Origin: Macrostomum lignano
Taxonomy: Eukaryota
Reading direction: 5' to 3'
Length of the DNA stretch: 64,000 bases
Assembly (NCBI GenBank): GCA_002269645.1
Contig: NIVC01001482.1
Coordinates: 62,001-126,000 of the forward strand
Each line of letters starts with the position of its first letter. The stretch's first letter is position 1. The position numbers and the translations under genes were made by a program. Positions 23,870-35,600 of this stretch are shown here, piece after piece. The notes beneath the pieces are model-generated. The model searched no databases. It was not told the origin of the DNA and was given only the letters and a program-made list of their open reading frames with translations.

Positions 23870-26800
23870 ATGTCTAGGATCCTAAATCCTGTGAAACCTT
23901 ATAGACTAGACTGAACTGCCCTCAGACTGAACTGCCTTCAGACTGAACTGCCTTCAGACTGAACTGCCTTCAGACTGAACTGCCCTCAGACTGAACTGCC
24001 CTCAGACTGAACTGCCTTCAGACTGAACTGCCCTCAGACTGAACTGCCCTCAGACTGACCTGCCTTCACTGCCTTCGGACTGAACTGCCCTCAGACTGAA
24101 CTGCCCTCAGACTGAACTGCCAGATCCCATCAGAGTCTACCACGAGACTTGGTCAATCATTGTTTGGACTTTGAAAGTGACTTCAATCATGAATTGAAGC
24201 TGAAAAATTTTAAACCATATTTTTAGTACTCAACGAGGCGGTCCTTCAGTCATCATACAGGTGTTATATTCATGATGGGCATTACATGCAGCCAAAATAT
24301 CCCCGTGACACAGCTTGTCACCTGAGGTAACCCGATTACGTAACACACGCAGCGCTGCAATCCCCAAACAGGGGAGAGCAACACGCACTGAGGAGGTGAA
24401 GAGGAGCTCAGGCAGACCCGAGCCCCGGCTCTGAAAAAAACACCCATTAGTCACCGGCCAAAGCTCAAGCCTGTTGCTAATCCCCAAGAGGATGGGGACT
24501 CGCATGCGACCTGCCTGCTTGCAAACAAGAATTTCCTATGTGCTTGGCAAGGAGGCTATATCAAGGAGTTCGCAGAACTACAGTCTGGATTGAGAGACTA
24601 CTTTGTAACCATCTTTATTGAATTTTCGAGGGCAGTTCAGTCTGAGGGCAGTTCAGTCTGAGGGCAGTTCAGTCTGAGGGCAGTTCAGTCTGAGGGCAGC
24701 TCAGTCTGAGGGCAGTTCAGTCTGAGGGCAGCTCAGTCTGAGGGCAGCTCAGTCTGAGGGCAGCTCAGTCTGAGGGCAGTTCAGTCTGAGGGCAATTCAG
24801 TCTGAGGGCAGTTCAGTCTGAGGGCAATTCAGTCTGAGGGCAATTCAGTCTGAGGGCAGTTCAGTCTGAGGGCAGTGAAGGCAGGTCAGTCTGAGGGCAG
24901 TGAAGGCAGGTCAGTCTGAGGGCAGTTCAGTCTGAGGGCAGTTCAGTCTGAGGGCAGTTCAGTCTGAGGGCAGTTCAGTCTGAGGGCAGTTCAGTCTGAG
25001 GGCAGTTCAGTCTGAGGGCAGGTCAGTCTGAGGGCAGTTCAGTCTGAGGGCAGTTCAGTCTGAGGGCAGTTCAGTCTGAGGGCAGTTCAGTCTGAGGGCA
25101 GTTCAGTCTGAGGGCAGTTCAGTCTGAAGGCAGTTCAGTCTGAGGGCAGTCCAGTCTGAGGGCAGTTCAGTCTGAGGGCAGTTCAGTCTGAGGGCAGTTC
25201 AGTCTGAGGGCAGTTCAGTCTGAAGGCAGTTCAGTCTGAGGGCAGTTCAGTCTGAGGGCAGTTCAGTCTGAGGGCAGTGAAGGCAGGTCAGTCTGAGGGC
25301 AGTTCAGTCTGAGGGCAGTTCAGTCTGAGGGCAGTTCAGTCTGAGGGCAGTTCAGTCTGAGGGCAGTTCAGTCTGAAGGCAGTTCAGTCTGAGGGCAGTC
25401 CAGTCTGAGGGCAGTTCAGTCTGAGGGCAGTTCAGTCTGAGGGCAGTTCAGTCTGAGGGCAGTTCAGTCTGAAGGCAGTTCAGTCTGAGGGCAGTTCAGT
25501 CTGAGGGCAGTTCAGTCTGAGGGCAGTGAAGGCAGGTCAGTCTGAGGGCAGTTCAGTCTGAGGGCAGTTCAGTCTGAGGGCAGTTCAGTCTGAGGGCAGT
25601 TCAGTCTGAAGGCAGTTCAGTCTGAGGGCAGTCCAGTCTGAGGGCAGTTCAGTCTGAGGGCAGTTCAGTCTGAGGGCAGTTCAGTCTGAAGGCAGTTCAG
25701 TCTGAGGGCAGTTCAGTCTGAGGGCAGTTCAGTCTGAGGGCAGTGAAGGCAGGTCAGTCTGAGGGCAGTTCAGTCTGAGGGCAGTTCAGTCTGAGGGCAG
25801 TTCAGTCTGAGGGCAGTTCAGTCTGAAGGCAGTTCAGTCTGAGGGCAGTTCAGTCTGAGGGCAGTTCAGTCTGAAGGCAGTTCAGTCTGAGGGCAGTTCA
25901 GTCTGAGGGCAGTCCAGTCTGAGGGCAGTTCAGTCTGAGGGCAGTTCAGTCTGAGGGCAGTTCAGTCTGAGGGCAGTTCAGTCTGAGGGCAGTTCAGTCT
26001 GAGGGCAATTCAGTCTGAGGGCAATTCAGTCTGAGGGCAGTTCAGTCTGAGGGCAGTGAAGGCAGGTCAGTCTGAGGGCAGTGAAGGCAGGTCAGTCTGA
26101 GGGCAGTTCAGTCTGAGGGCAGTGAAGGCAGGTCAGTCTGAGGGCAGTTCAGTCTGAGGGCAGTTCAGTCTGAAGGCAGTTCAGTCTGAGGGCAGTCCAG
26201 TCTGAGGGCAGTTCAGTCTGAGGGCAGTTCAGTCTGAGGGCAGTTCAGTCTGAGGGCAGTTCAGTATGAGGGCAGTTCAGTCAGAAGGCAGTTCAGTCTG
26301 AGGGCAGTTCAGTCTGAGGGCAGTTCAGTCTGAGGGCAGTGAAGGCAGGTCAGTCTGAGGGCAGTTCAGTCTGAGGGCAGTTCAGTCTGAGGGCAGTTCA
26401 GTCTGAAGGCAGTTCAGTCTGAGGGCAGTTCAGTCTGAAGGCAGTTCAGTCTGAGGGCAGTTCAGTCTGAGGGCAGTTCAGTCTGAGGGCAGTGAAGGCA
26501 GGTCAGTCTGAGGGCAGTTCAGTCTGAGGGCAGTTCAGTCTGAAGGCAGTTCAGTCTGAGGGCAGTCCAGTCTGAGGGCAGTTCAGTCTGAGGGCAGTTC
26601 AGTCTGAGGGCAGTGAAGGCAGGTCAGTCTGAGGGCAGTGAAGGCAGGTCAGTCTGAGGGCAGTTCAGTCTTAGGGCAGGTCAGTCTGAGGGCAGTTCAG
26701 TCTGAGGGCAGTTCAGTCTGAGGGCAGTTCAGTCTTAGGGCAGGTCAGTCTGAGGGCAGTGAAGGCAGGTCAGTCTGAGGGCAGTTCAGTCTTAGGGCAG

Positions 26801-27097
26801 GTCAGTCTGAGGGCAGTTCAGTCTGAGGGCAGTTCAGTCTGAGGGCAGTTCAGTCTTAGGGCAGGTCAGTCTGAGGGCAGTTCAGTCTGAGGGCAGTTCA
26901 GTCTGAGGGCAGTGAAGGCAGGTCAGTCTGAGGGCAGTGAAGGCAGGTCAGTCTGAGGGCAGTGAAGGCAGGTCAGTCTGAGGGCAGTTCAGTCTTAGGG
27001 CAGGTCAGTCTGAGGGCAGTTCAGTCTGAGGGCAGTTCAGTCTGAGGGTAGCTCAGTCTAGTCTATAAGGTTTCTCAGGATTTACGATCCTAGACAT
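23870..27097. mobile_element. Foldback-type element: 44-bp terminal inverted repeats continuing into inverted 16-bp satellite arms
   Basis: ATGTCTAGGATCCTAAATCCTGTGAAACCTTATAGACTAGACTG at 23870 matches its reverse complement at 27054-27097 (2 mismatches). Left arm (CAGACTGAACTGCCCT)n at 23908-24121; unique spacer at 24122-24626; right arm in the opposite orientation at 24627-27060. No TSD seen. Confidence 0.8.
24627..27060. repeat. 16-bp satellite (GGGCAGTTCAGTCTGA)n with recurring variants
   Basis: About 145 units, including a 25-bp variant carrying GTGAAGGCAGGTCA. Confidence 0.95.
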
Positions 27098-27818
27098 TAG
27101 TCTATGACTAGGCAGAGACCGTCAAGTGAACTGCTCCCTTTCCCACCCAAAACAACTTTCCATGATTTTGTGGCCGGTTTTAATAAACGATGAATGGGTG
27201 GTGAGCAAAGGACGGGTGGTCCGGTCCGCGTGCTCCTGAATAATTGACTCGCAGTTTAAGGTGTGCCAACTTTCTTCCCCGATGAGTCACTTGCTTCCCA
27301 ATTTAAATCCCACCTTTTTTACATTCCACTAAAGCCAGGAATTCGCTTCGTCAGCCTCACAGCTCTTCATCTTCCCTCTTCATTCTGGATCCGTGTGTGC
27401 TTTTTCACCCCATAGCCTTTCCAGTAATCGATTGGCGACTGAACTTGCCGCCACTGCAGACTCCCCGGGACTCCTCTCACCTTCATCAGCCCCCGCTCTT
27501 TCCCTGGGGCGCCCAGACCAGGCCAGAAATGTTCTTTTAGTTAACCAAAGAGGCCAAGAGTCTGCTGGCTCCGGCAGTACGGGGGTTATGGGGGGGGGGG
27601 GAAGGGGGAGCTCGCCGATTTCCGGCCTCCATCTCGATTGCCGATTCTTAGTCGGCTTTTTTCTTCTTGGCTGCTTTAGCAATCTCTGCCTCGCTCTGGC
27701 TCTGCACTGCCCAGCAACTCGCCTGAGTGAGCAATAACGGATAAGCTTATGGCTGAGGCTGAGGGAACTGCTGCCCAGCTGGTGATAAATTGCCGCCGCC
27801 ACTTGTTGTGGCCAGGCG

Positions 27819-27871
<53 letters not shown>

Positions 27872-27902
27872 GACTGTCTGTCTGACTGTCTGTCTGTCTG
27901 AC

Positions 27903-27955
<53 letters not shown>

Positions 27956-28018
27956 GACTGTCTGTCTGACTGTCTGTCTGTCTGACTGTCTGTCTGTCTG
28001 ACTGTCTGTCTGTCTGAC

Positions 28019-28078
<60 letters not shown>

Positions 28079-28082
28079 AGAG

Positions 28083-28121
<39 letters not shown>

Positions 28122-28136
28122 GTGTTTGTGTGTGTG

Positions 28137-28195
<59 letters not shown>

Positions 28196-28199
28196 GTCT
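27819..28199. repeat. (CTGT)n microsatellite
   Basis: Direct reading. Confidence 0.95.
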
Positions 28200-28919
28200 C
28201 TACTCCGCAGCCCTCAGCTCAGCCGTGAGTGCAGCTATTTTTAACTCCCTACTTGGGACTTTGTCGGAGATGACTGAGCCGAAAGAGTTGCCTGCAATGA
28301 AAATAAAATTGAGAAGATTGGAGAGGGAGTTAAGAAGGAGTAGAAGATAAGGGAGGCCTGAGAGCCCCTGATTAGTAGGCCAACTCCCCTTCTCAGTCAC
28401 AGATGAGGCAAAGAATCAGAGGCTGAGCGAGAGGATGAAGGCTCCGCCTTCATCAGCTCAGCTGGCAGAGTGAGATGAGAGATTTGAAAAAAAGATGAGT
28501 CTGCGTTCGGCTGCGCCCAGCTGTGGCAGCCGGGAAGATTCTGCATATCAGCTGATCGAGTCACTCTCTCTGTCACTACCCTGAGCCCAGCTTGATTAAA
28601 CATTCTCTTGATTAGCAAAATAGCGGCTTACTGACTGGGACAGAACAGGCAGATCCATCCTGACTCTGATGGGGGACTCAAACCTGATTCTGGTGCAGCA
28701 GCACTTGTTTGTTCTGGTGTGGGCTCTGATTGATTCGAAAACTAATCCGCTCGCTCTGAATCGGTTGCTGAGTAGCAAGGATGCTCAGGGGATGTATCAA
28801 TGTATGGCGTTTCTTTCCAAAAATGCAGATTGTTTTTGTAATCTGAGAAGCCGTCAAAGAGAGAAAATTTAGTGGAGGCGTTTTGGAGAAGATGGGAAAC
28901 AGAAGGTAAGATTTGGGTA

Positions 28920-30232
28920 AGACAGGGGGAACAGATGGGGGGAGACAGGGGAACAGATGGGGGAGACAGGGGGAACAGATGGGGGAGACAGGGGAACAGA
29001 TGGGGGGAGACAGGGGGAACAGATGGGGGAGACAGGGGGAACAGATGGGGGAGACAGGGGGAACAGATGGGGGAGACAGGGGGAACAGATGGGGGGAGAC
29101 AGGGGAACAGATGGGGGGAGACAGGGGGAACAGATGGGGGGAGACAGGGGGAACAGATGGGGGGAGACAAGGGGAACAGATGGGGGGAGACAGGGGGAAC
29201 AGATGGGGGAGACAGGGGGAACAGATGGGGGAGACAGGGGGAACAGATGGGGGAGACAGGGGAACAGATGGGGGGAGACAGGGGGAGCAGATGGGGGAGA
29301 CAGGGGGAACAGATGGGGGAGACAGGGGGAACAGATGGGGGGAGACAGGGGAACAGATGGGGGGAGACAGGGGAACAGATGGGGGGAGACAGGGGGAACA
29401 GATGGGGGGAGACAGGGGGAACAGATGGGGGAGACAAGGGGAACAGATGGGGGAGACAGGGGGAACAGATGGGGGGAGACAGGGGGAACAGATGGGGGAG
29501 ACAGGGGAACAGATGGGGGGAGACAGGGGGAGCAGATGGGGGAGACAGGGGGAACAGATGGGGGAGACAGGGGGAACAGATGAGGGGAGACAGGGGAACA
29601 GATGGGGGGAGACAGGGGGAACAGATGGGGGGAGACAGGGGGAACAGATGGGGGAGACAGGGGGAACAGATGGGGGAGACAGGGGGAACAGATGGGGGAG
29701 ACAGGGGGAACAGATGGGGGGAGACAGGGGAACAGATGGGGGAGACAGGGGGAACAGATGGGGGAGACAGGGGGAACAGATGGGGGAGACAAGGGGAACA
29801 GATGGGGGGAGACAGGGGGAACAGATGGGGGAGACAGGGGGAACAGATGGGGGGAGACAGGGGGAACAGATGGGGGAGACAGGGGGAACAGATGGGGGGA
29901 GACAAGGGGAACAGATGGGGGGAGACAGGGGAACAGATCGGGGGAGACAGGGGGAACAGATGGGGGAGACAGGGGGAACAGATGGGGGGAGACATGGGGA
30001 ACAGATGGGGGGAGACAGGGGGAACAGATGGGGGGAGACAGGGGGAACAGATGGGAGGAGACAGGGGGAACAGATGGAGGGAGACAGGGGAACAGATGGG
30101 GGGAGACAGGGGGAACAGATGGGGGGAGACAGGGGGAACAGATGGGGGAGACAGGGGGAACAGATGGGGGAGACAGGGGGAACAGATGGGGGGAGACAGG
30201 GGGAACAGATGGGGGAGACAGGGGGAGCAGAT
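28920..30232. repeat. G-rich 21-23-bp minisatellite (GGGGGAGACAGGGGGAACAGAT)n
   Basis: About 60 units that differ mainly in G-run length. Confidence 0.95.
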
Positions 30233-32611
30233 GAGGCACTTTCTCCATCCCCTCCGTCTAAAAGGCAAGTCTCTGCAGGCAGGATTTGCAATATTGGGAT
30301 CCGGGAGGGATGGGGATGATGTAGCCGCAGTTGAACCCGGAGGGGACAACAAGGAAGGCAGAAATCCAGCTTGCAATCCTATGCATCGAGCTGTGTCTCC
30401 GAGCTATTTTATATAGTGCAGCATTGGATTTCCTCTCGAGGCGAAATAGCGCTGTTTTGCAATTTTGTTCGCGTAAAATCTGCTGTCCAGCTACGAGCCA
30501 GTTAGCTGGGCATCTTCCTCCTGGCTTCTTTGATGCAGCTCTTTCTATGGGAGATATTGCAGTTGAGTGCCTCTCACATGACTAACTAATACTTCAAGAT
30601 CCGAATATATAGTACCTACTTGTATAGTGCGTGCTCAGAGACTAGCTCTTTGCAGCTAGATCTATAGCTATAAAGGCCGGACCCCGCGAGTCGGTCGACT
30701 AGTCTCCAATGAGCAGGAAATTAACTTCCCCCTAGTAGCCGCGGCTTCCTCATTTGCGACTCTCCTGCACAGTCCCCATCGGCGGGTTCAGAGCAAGTAT
30801 AGTAAGCCAATAAATGGAAAGTCTCTTCCCAGTGATGGGGCAGAATAAGCTCTGTTGGGATGACTACCTGGTGATTTTGTAGATGGCTTTGGCTTGGGGA
30901 TCTGTCTTGCATGGTTCTTTATATAGTTACATACCAGGTACATGTATAAGCATGAAATTCAATAATTGCCTGATCAGCTTCCTCCGTCTCCGCATGAACA
31001 AACGTTTAAGATCCCCTTTTATAAGATATGAGATGGAACAGAGCTTAAATATTCTCTGATCTCCCGTAGTGAGTGAGTTCTTTAATAATCGTTAATTCTG
31101 TTTGTAATTAAACTGGGAAAATCAAAGTTCAATAAATATGGGAAATAATTTTTAGTACATGGATTGTAGCATGAAATCATTAATCTATTTATTCAGTGAA
31201 TTTAGCCCAGCATTTTGATCAAGGAAAACTAAACGGAATACATGCATGTACACCAAGAACGACTTAAGTATATACAAAACGGACTATACTTAATAGTCGT
31301 CCTAGACAATACACACGTATTAAAAATGTAATGTAAATAATAAATGTAATGTAAAATGTAAATGTAAATGTAAATGATAAACATAATGCATATAAAAAAA
31401 TTGTATGACTTATAAAGCTCTTTTACATGCTATTTACGTTTCTATTCCAGTTTTAAATTTTTTACAACTTTCGGTTTTTAAATTAGCTGTTCTTACAGAT
31501 CGTAATTGCAAGCAAAGTGAAATCGTGTTATTAATGAAATAAAAACAACTTTTAATCATACCTAGATTTTTTGCTAATTAAAATATTAGAATTGTAGTAG
31601 TGTAAATAACACATTTACTAAAGCCCTTTGCATAGGAATTACTGTTCTTACGTTTGTTATATTCGGTAGACAGTGTAACTTTGCTGATTTAACTTATAAA
31701 GTACCGATTCTTTTCTGAATTCGTGAATAGTTAATATACAGTTAGTTGCTACTATGCTGGCTATGGCAAAGAAATAGTAAAATTAACAACTAGATAGAGT
31801 AAAAAAAAGTAACTATTTTTAAAAGCTCTAGGTAGAGCATTCTACACTGGTAAGCAGACAAAGCTTTTTTCATAAGTCTCATCAATGGGTCCTACCTACG
31901 AGTACATTAATGCATCGTTTCATAATGATTTTGTGCGTTACTGCGTACAAATATTATTTTACTGATACTACTTGAAAGTTTAGAGCATTTTTACAGTGCA
32001 AAGTAAAAAATAATATTATAGATTAAACGATTTTACTGTTAGAAATTTTCGGTTGAAGCGAAATTACCAGATCATGGTTAATTTAGGCGATACAAAAATA
32101 CAATAAAATTAAAGTACCATCCAGGAAAAAAGAATCAATGACCATGTAGAATCAATAACCATCTAATATATTTTCGAAAATTACAAACATAATATTATTA
32201 TATAGTGAACATGTTAAAAAATATCAAATGTATCAGTGAATTGTACTAGCATCAGCATCTATGAGTATTGGGAGTATAAAATTTTTTATTTGATTAAGTG
32301 CATGACAAACATTTTTCTTTGAAAAAATACTGGGCCTTCAAGTCGTAAATTTATGATAAAACATCAACATCATTTTAATTACTATTTTATTATTCAAAAA
32401 GAATGTAAAAATGAAATACGAGAAAATGTAGAAAATTCCGGATCGTCGTGAAAAATTCTTACAAAATTTTTATCTTAAAAAATAAAAAATGCGAAAAAAG
32501 CAATATTTTTTATATCTATATTTATTATTAACTTTCTAACGTTTATTTCTAATAAATTTTAACTCAGATCAGCAAGCAGACACACACTGAAGGCAGAAGT
32601 TCTCTGGAGTT

Positions 32612-35600
32612 ATGCCGGCCACGGCCGCCGAGGCGCCGACGCAACAGGCGTCGCAGTCGCAGCCTCCAGCAGCCGCGCCGCCAGCAGCCGCGCCGCCAGC
32701 CTCCTCGGCTGCCGAGCTGTCCCGGATGCGGGAGCAGGTGCTACGGCGGCAGGCCGACGTCCAGCAGCAGGTTGGCAAATTCCGGCGAACCGATTTCCGG
32801 CGCCAGGTGATTGCTGAGCACCTCGCCGAACTTAAGCGCTACTCGCGTCTCACCAAGAAAAACGTCAGCGTGCCGTTGCAACGACAGCCGAAGTCGGCCA
32901 GAATCCGGGTGGACACCTCCAAGTCGCACAGCAACATTGACGTTGTTCGTCTGGCGCTGCAGAAACTGCGCTGGCGCGAGCTGCCCAACGGCCCCGGGCC
33001 CGGCGTGCCCTGCGAGCTGTGTTGGAACGGCCTGAGCTTTGCCGAGAATCCCGGACATCCGGGCGGCCTGGTGAACCGGTTCCCGGGCATGGCCGAACTG
33101 CTGCACAAGATTAATCTGAGTCGGACGCTGGAGACCATGCGGAGGCTCTATCCCAGCATGTACGACTTTTATCCGGACACCTGGTACCTGCCGTTCCAGA
33201 TGGCCGAGTTTCAGACACACGCCGCTGAGGCCAGGAGTGAGTTTTGGCTGCAACTCTTGACTTTGGGATGCTCTAGATTCATGCTTTTTGTAGGGCTGGG
33301 CTGCTAGTCTAGGGTGCTTGTCACTCTGTGATTGCTTGTCACCCTGGTGAGGGTGCTTGTCACTCTGCTGAGAGCGCTTGTCACTCTGTGATTGCTTGTC
33401 ACCCTGGTGAGGGTGCTTGTCACTCTGGTGAGGGTTCTTGTCACTCTGGTGAGGGTTCTTGTCACTGGTGAGGGTTCTTGTCACTCTGATGAGGGTTTTT
33501 GTCACTCTGGTGAGGGCGCTTGTCACTCTGCTGAGGGTTCTTGTCACTCTGGTGAGGGCGCTTGTCACTCTGGTGAGGGTTCTTGTCACTCTGGTGAGGG
33601 TTTTTGTCACTCTGGTGAGGGTTCTTGTCACTCTGGTGAGGGTTCTTGTCACTCTGGTGAGGGTTCTTGTCACTCTGGTGAGGGTTCTTGTCACTATGTG
33701 GTTGCTTGTCACTCTGGGGAGGGCGCTTGTCACTCTGAGAGCGCTTGTCACTCAGCAGCCGTGATTGGGGACATAAACAGCAGCAGTTCATTATTAAGGC
33801 GCACACGCTCATCAAGCTTAGTGAATACAAACAGCTGAAGTTGGAATCTGCAAAACAATGCCACGATTCACCCCTGCTCCCAGTCCCAACTTTATAGAAT
33901 AAAATGAAATACATTGTTCAGCCACTTCTGCCCCAGCGTCAGCCGCGTCGTGACAGATTTTAAAATCCCATCCCAAGTGTTACCATGGCTACTCCATGGA
34001 GTGGGGAGACTGGCGCTCACGCCCACTTACCCTCTCATCATTGCCATCTCTTTGTAGTCAAACAGAGTTGACGATAATTTTAGCTCAGCACACGGTCTTT
34101 CTTAATTAATGTTGGCGACAATAGTTTGAACTCGTCTGTTGCTATGGCGACAGCGGCCCTGTCCGGTCAGAGCTGACCAGCCTCATAAATTATGAAGGCG
34201 ATGAAATCGCAGCATTGTAGGGTGAGGGGCCTCGATCTTGGACAGCAAAGTTCAAAGCCTTGAAAGTGCGCCGCGCCCACTGTCTGCCCGAGGTTGCATG
34301 AATGCTAATGAAGAGACACTGCTTGCCTGTCAGGTGACCATTCGCGGGCGTGTTTGCACTGTCGGGATGCGAACTTACTGCTTTCTCTTATGCTGTACCT
34401 CTGTTAGCGTTTGGCTAACTCTCTCTCTTCTCTCTTCTCTCCTCTCTCCTCTCTCCTCTCTCCTCTCTCCTTTCTCCTCTCTCTTCTCTCTTCTCTCCTC
34501 TCTCCTCTCTCCTCTCTCCTCTCTCCTTTCTCCTCTCTCTTCTCTCTTCTCTCCTCTCTCCTCTCTCCTCTCTCCTCTCTCCTTTCTCCTCTCTCTTCTC
34601 TCTTCTCTCCTCTCTCCTCTCTCCTCTCTCCTCTCTCCTTTCTCCTCTCTCTTCTCTCTTCTCTCCTCTCTCCTCTCTCCTCTCTCCTCTCTCCTTTCTC
34701 CTCTCTCTTCTCTCTTCTCTCCTCTCTCCTCTCTCCTCTCTCCTCTCTCCTTTCTCCTCTCTCTTCTCTCTTCTCTCCTCTCTCCTCTCTCCTCTCTCCT
34801 CTCTCCTTTCTCCTCTCTCTTCTCTCTTCTCTCCTCTCTCCTCTCTCCTCTCTCCTCTCTCCTTTCTCCTCTCTCTTCTCTCTTCTCTCCTCTCTCCTCT
34901 CTCCTCTCTCCTCTCTCCTTTCTCCTCTCTCTTCTCTCTTCTCTCCTCTCTCCTCTCTCCTCTCTCCTTTCTCCTCTCTCTTCTCTCTTCTCTCCTCCCT
35001 CCTCTCTCTTCTCTCTTCTCTCCTCTCTCCTCTCTCCTCTCCCCTTTCTCCTCCCTCCTCCCTCCTCTCTCCTCTCTCCTCTCCCCTTTCTCCTCTCTCC
35101 TCCGTCCTCTCTCCTCTCTCCTCTCTCCTTTCTCCTCTCTTCTCTCCTCTCTCCTCTCTCCTTTCTCCTCTCTCTTCTCTCCTCTCTCCTCTCTCCTCTC
35201 CCCTTTCTCCTCTCTCCTCCCTCCTCTCTCCTCTCTCCTCTCTCCTTTCTCCTCTCTTCTCTCCTCTCTCTCTCTCCTCTCTCCTCTCTCCTCTCTCCTC
35301 TCTCCTCTCCCCTTTCTCCTCTCTCCTCCCTCCTCTCTCCTCTCCTCTCTCCTTTCTCCTCTCTCTTCTCTCCTCTCTCCTCTCTCCTTTCTCCTCTCTC
35401 TTCTCTCCTCTCTCCTCTCTCCTTTCTCTTCTCTCCTCTCTCCTCTCTCCTCTCCCCTTTCTTCTCTCTCCTCCCTCCTCCCTCCTCTCTCCTCTCTCTT
35501 CTCTCCTCTCTCCTCTCTCCTCTCCCCTTTCTCCTCCCTCCTCCCTCCTCTCTCCTCTCTCCTCTCTCCTCTCTCTCTCTCCTCACTCCTCTCCCCTTTC

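Noticed and set aside
27380-28843. Possible minus-strand exons (acceptor-like sites near 28300 and 28843; ORF 27380-27802)
   Set aside because: I could not join them into a phase-consistent ORF with any recognisable motif.
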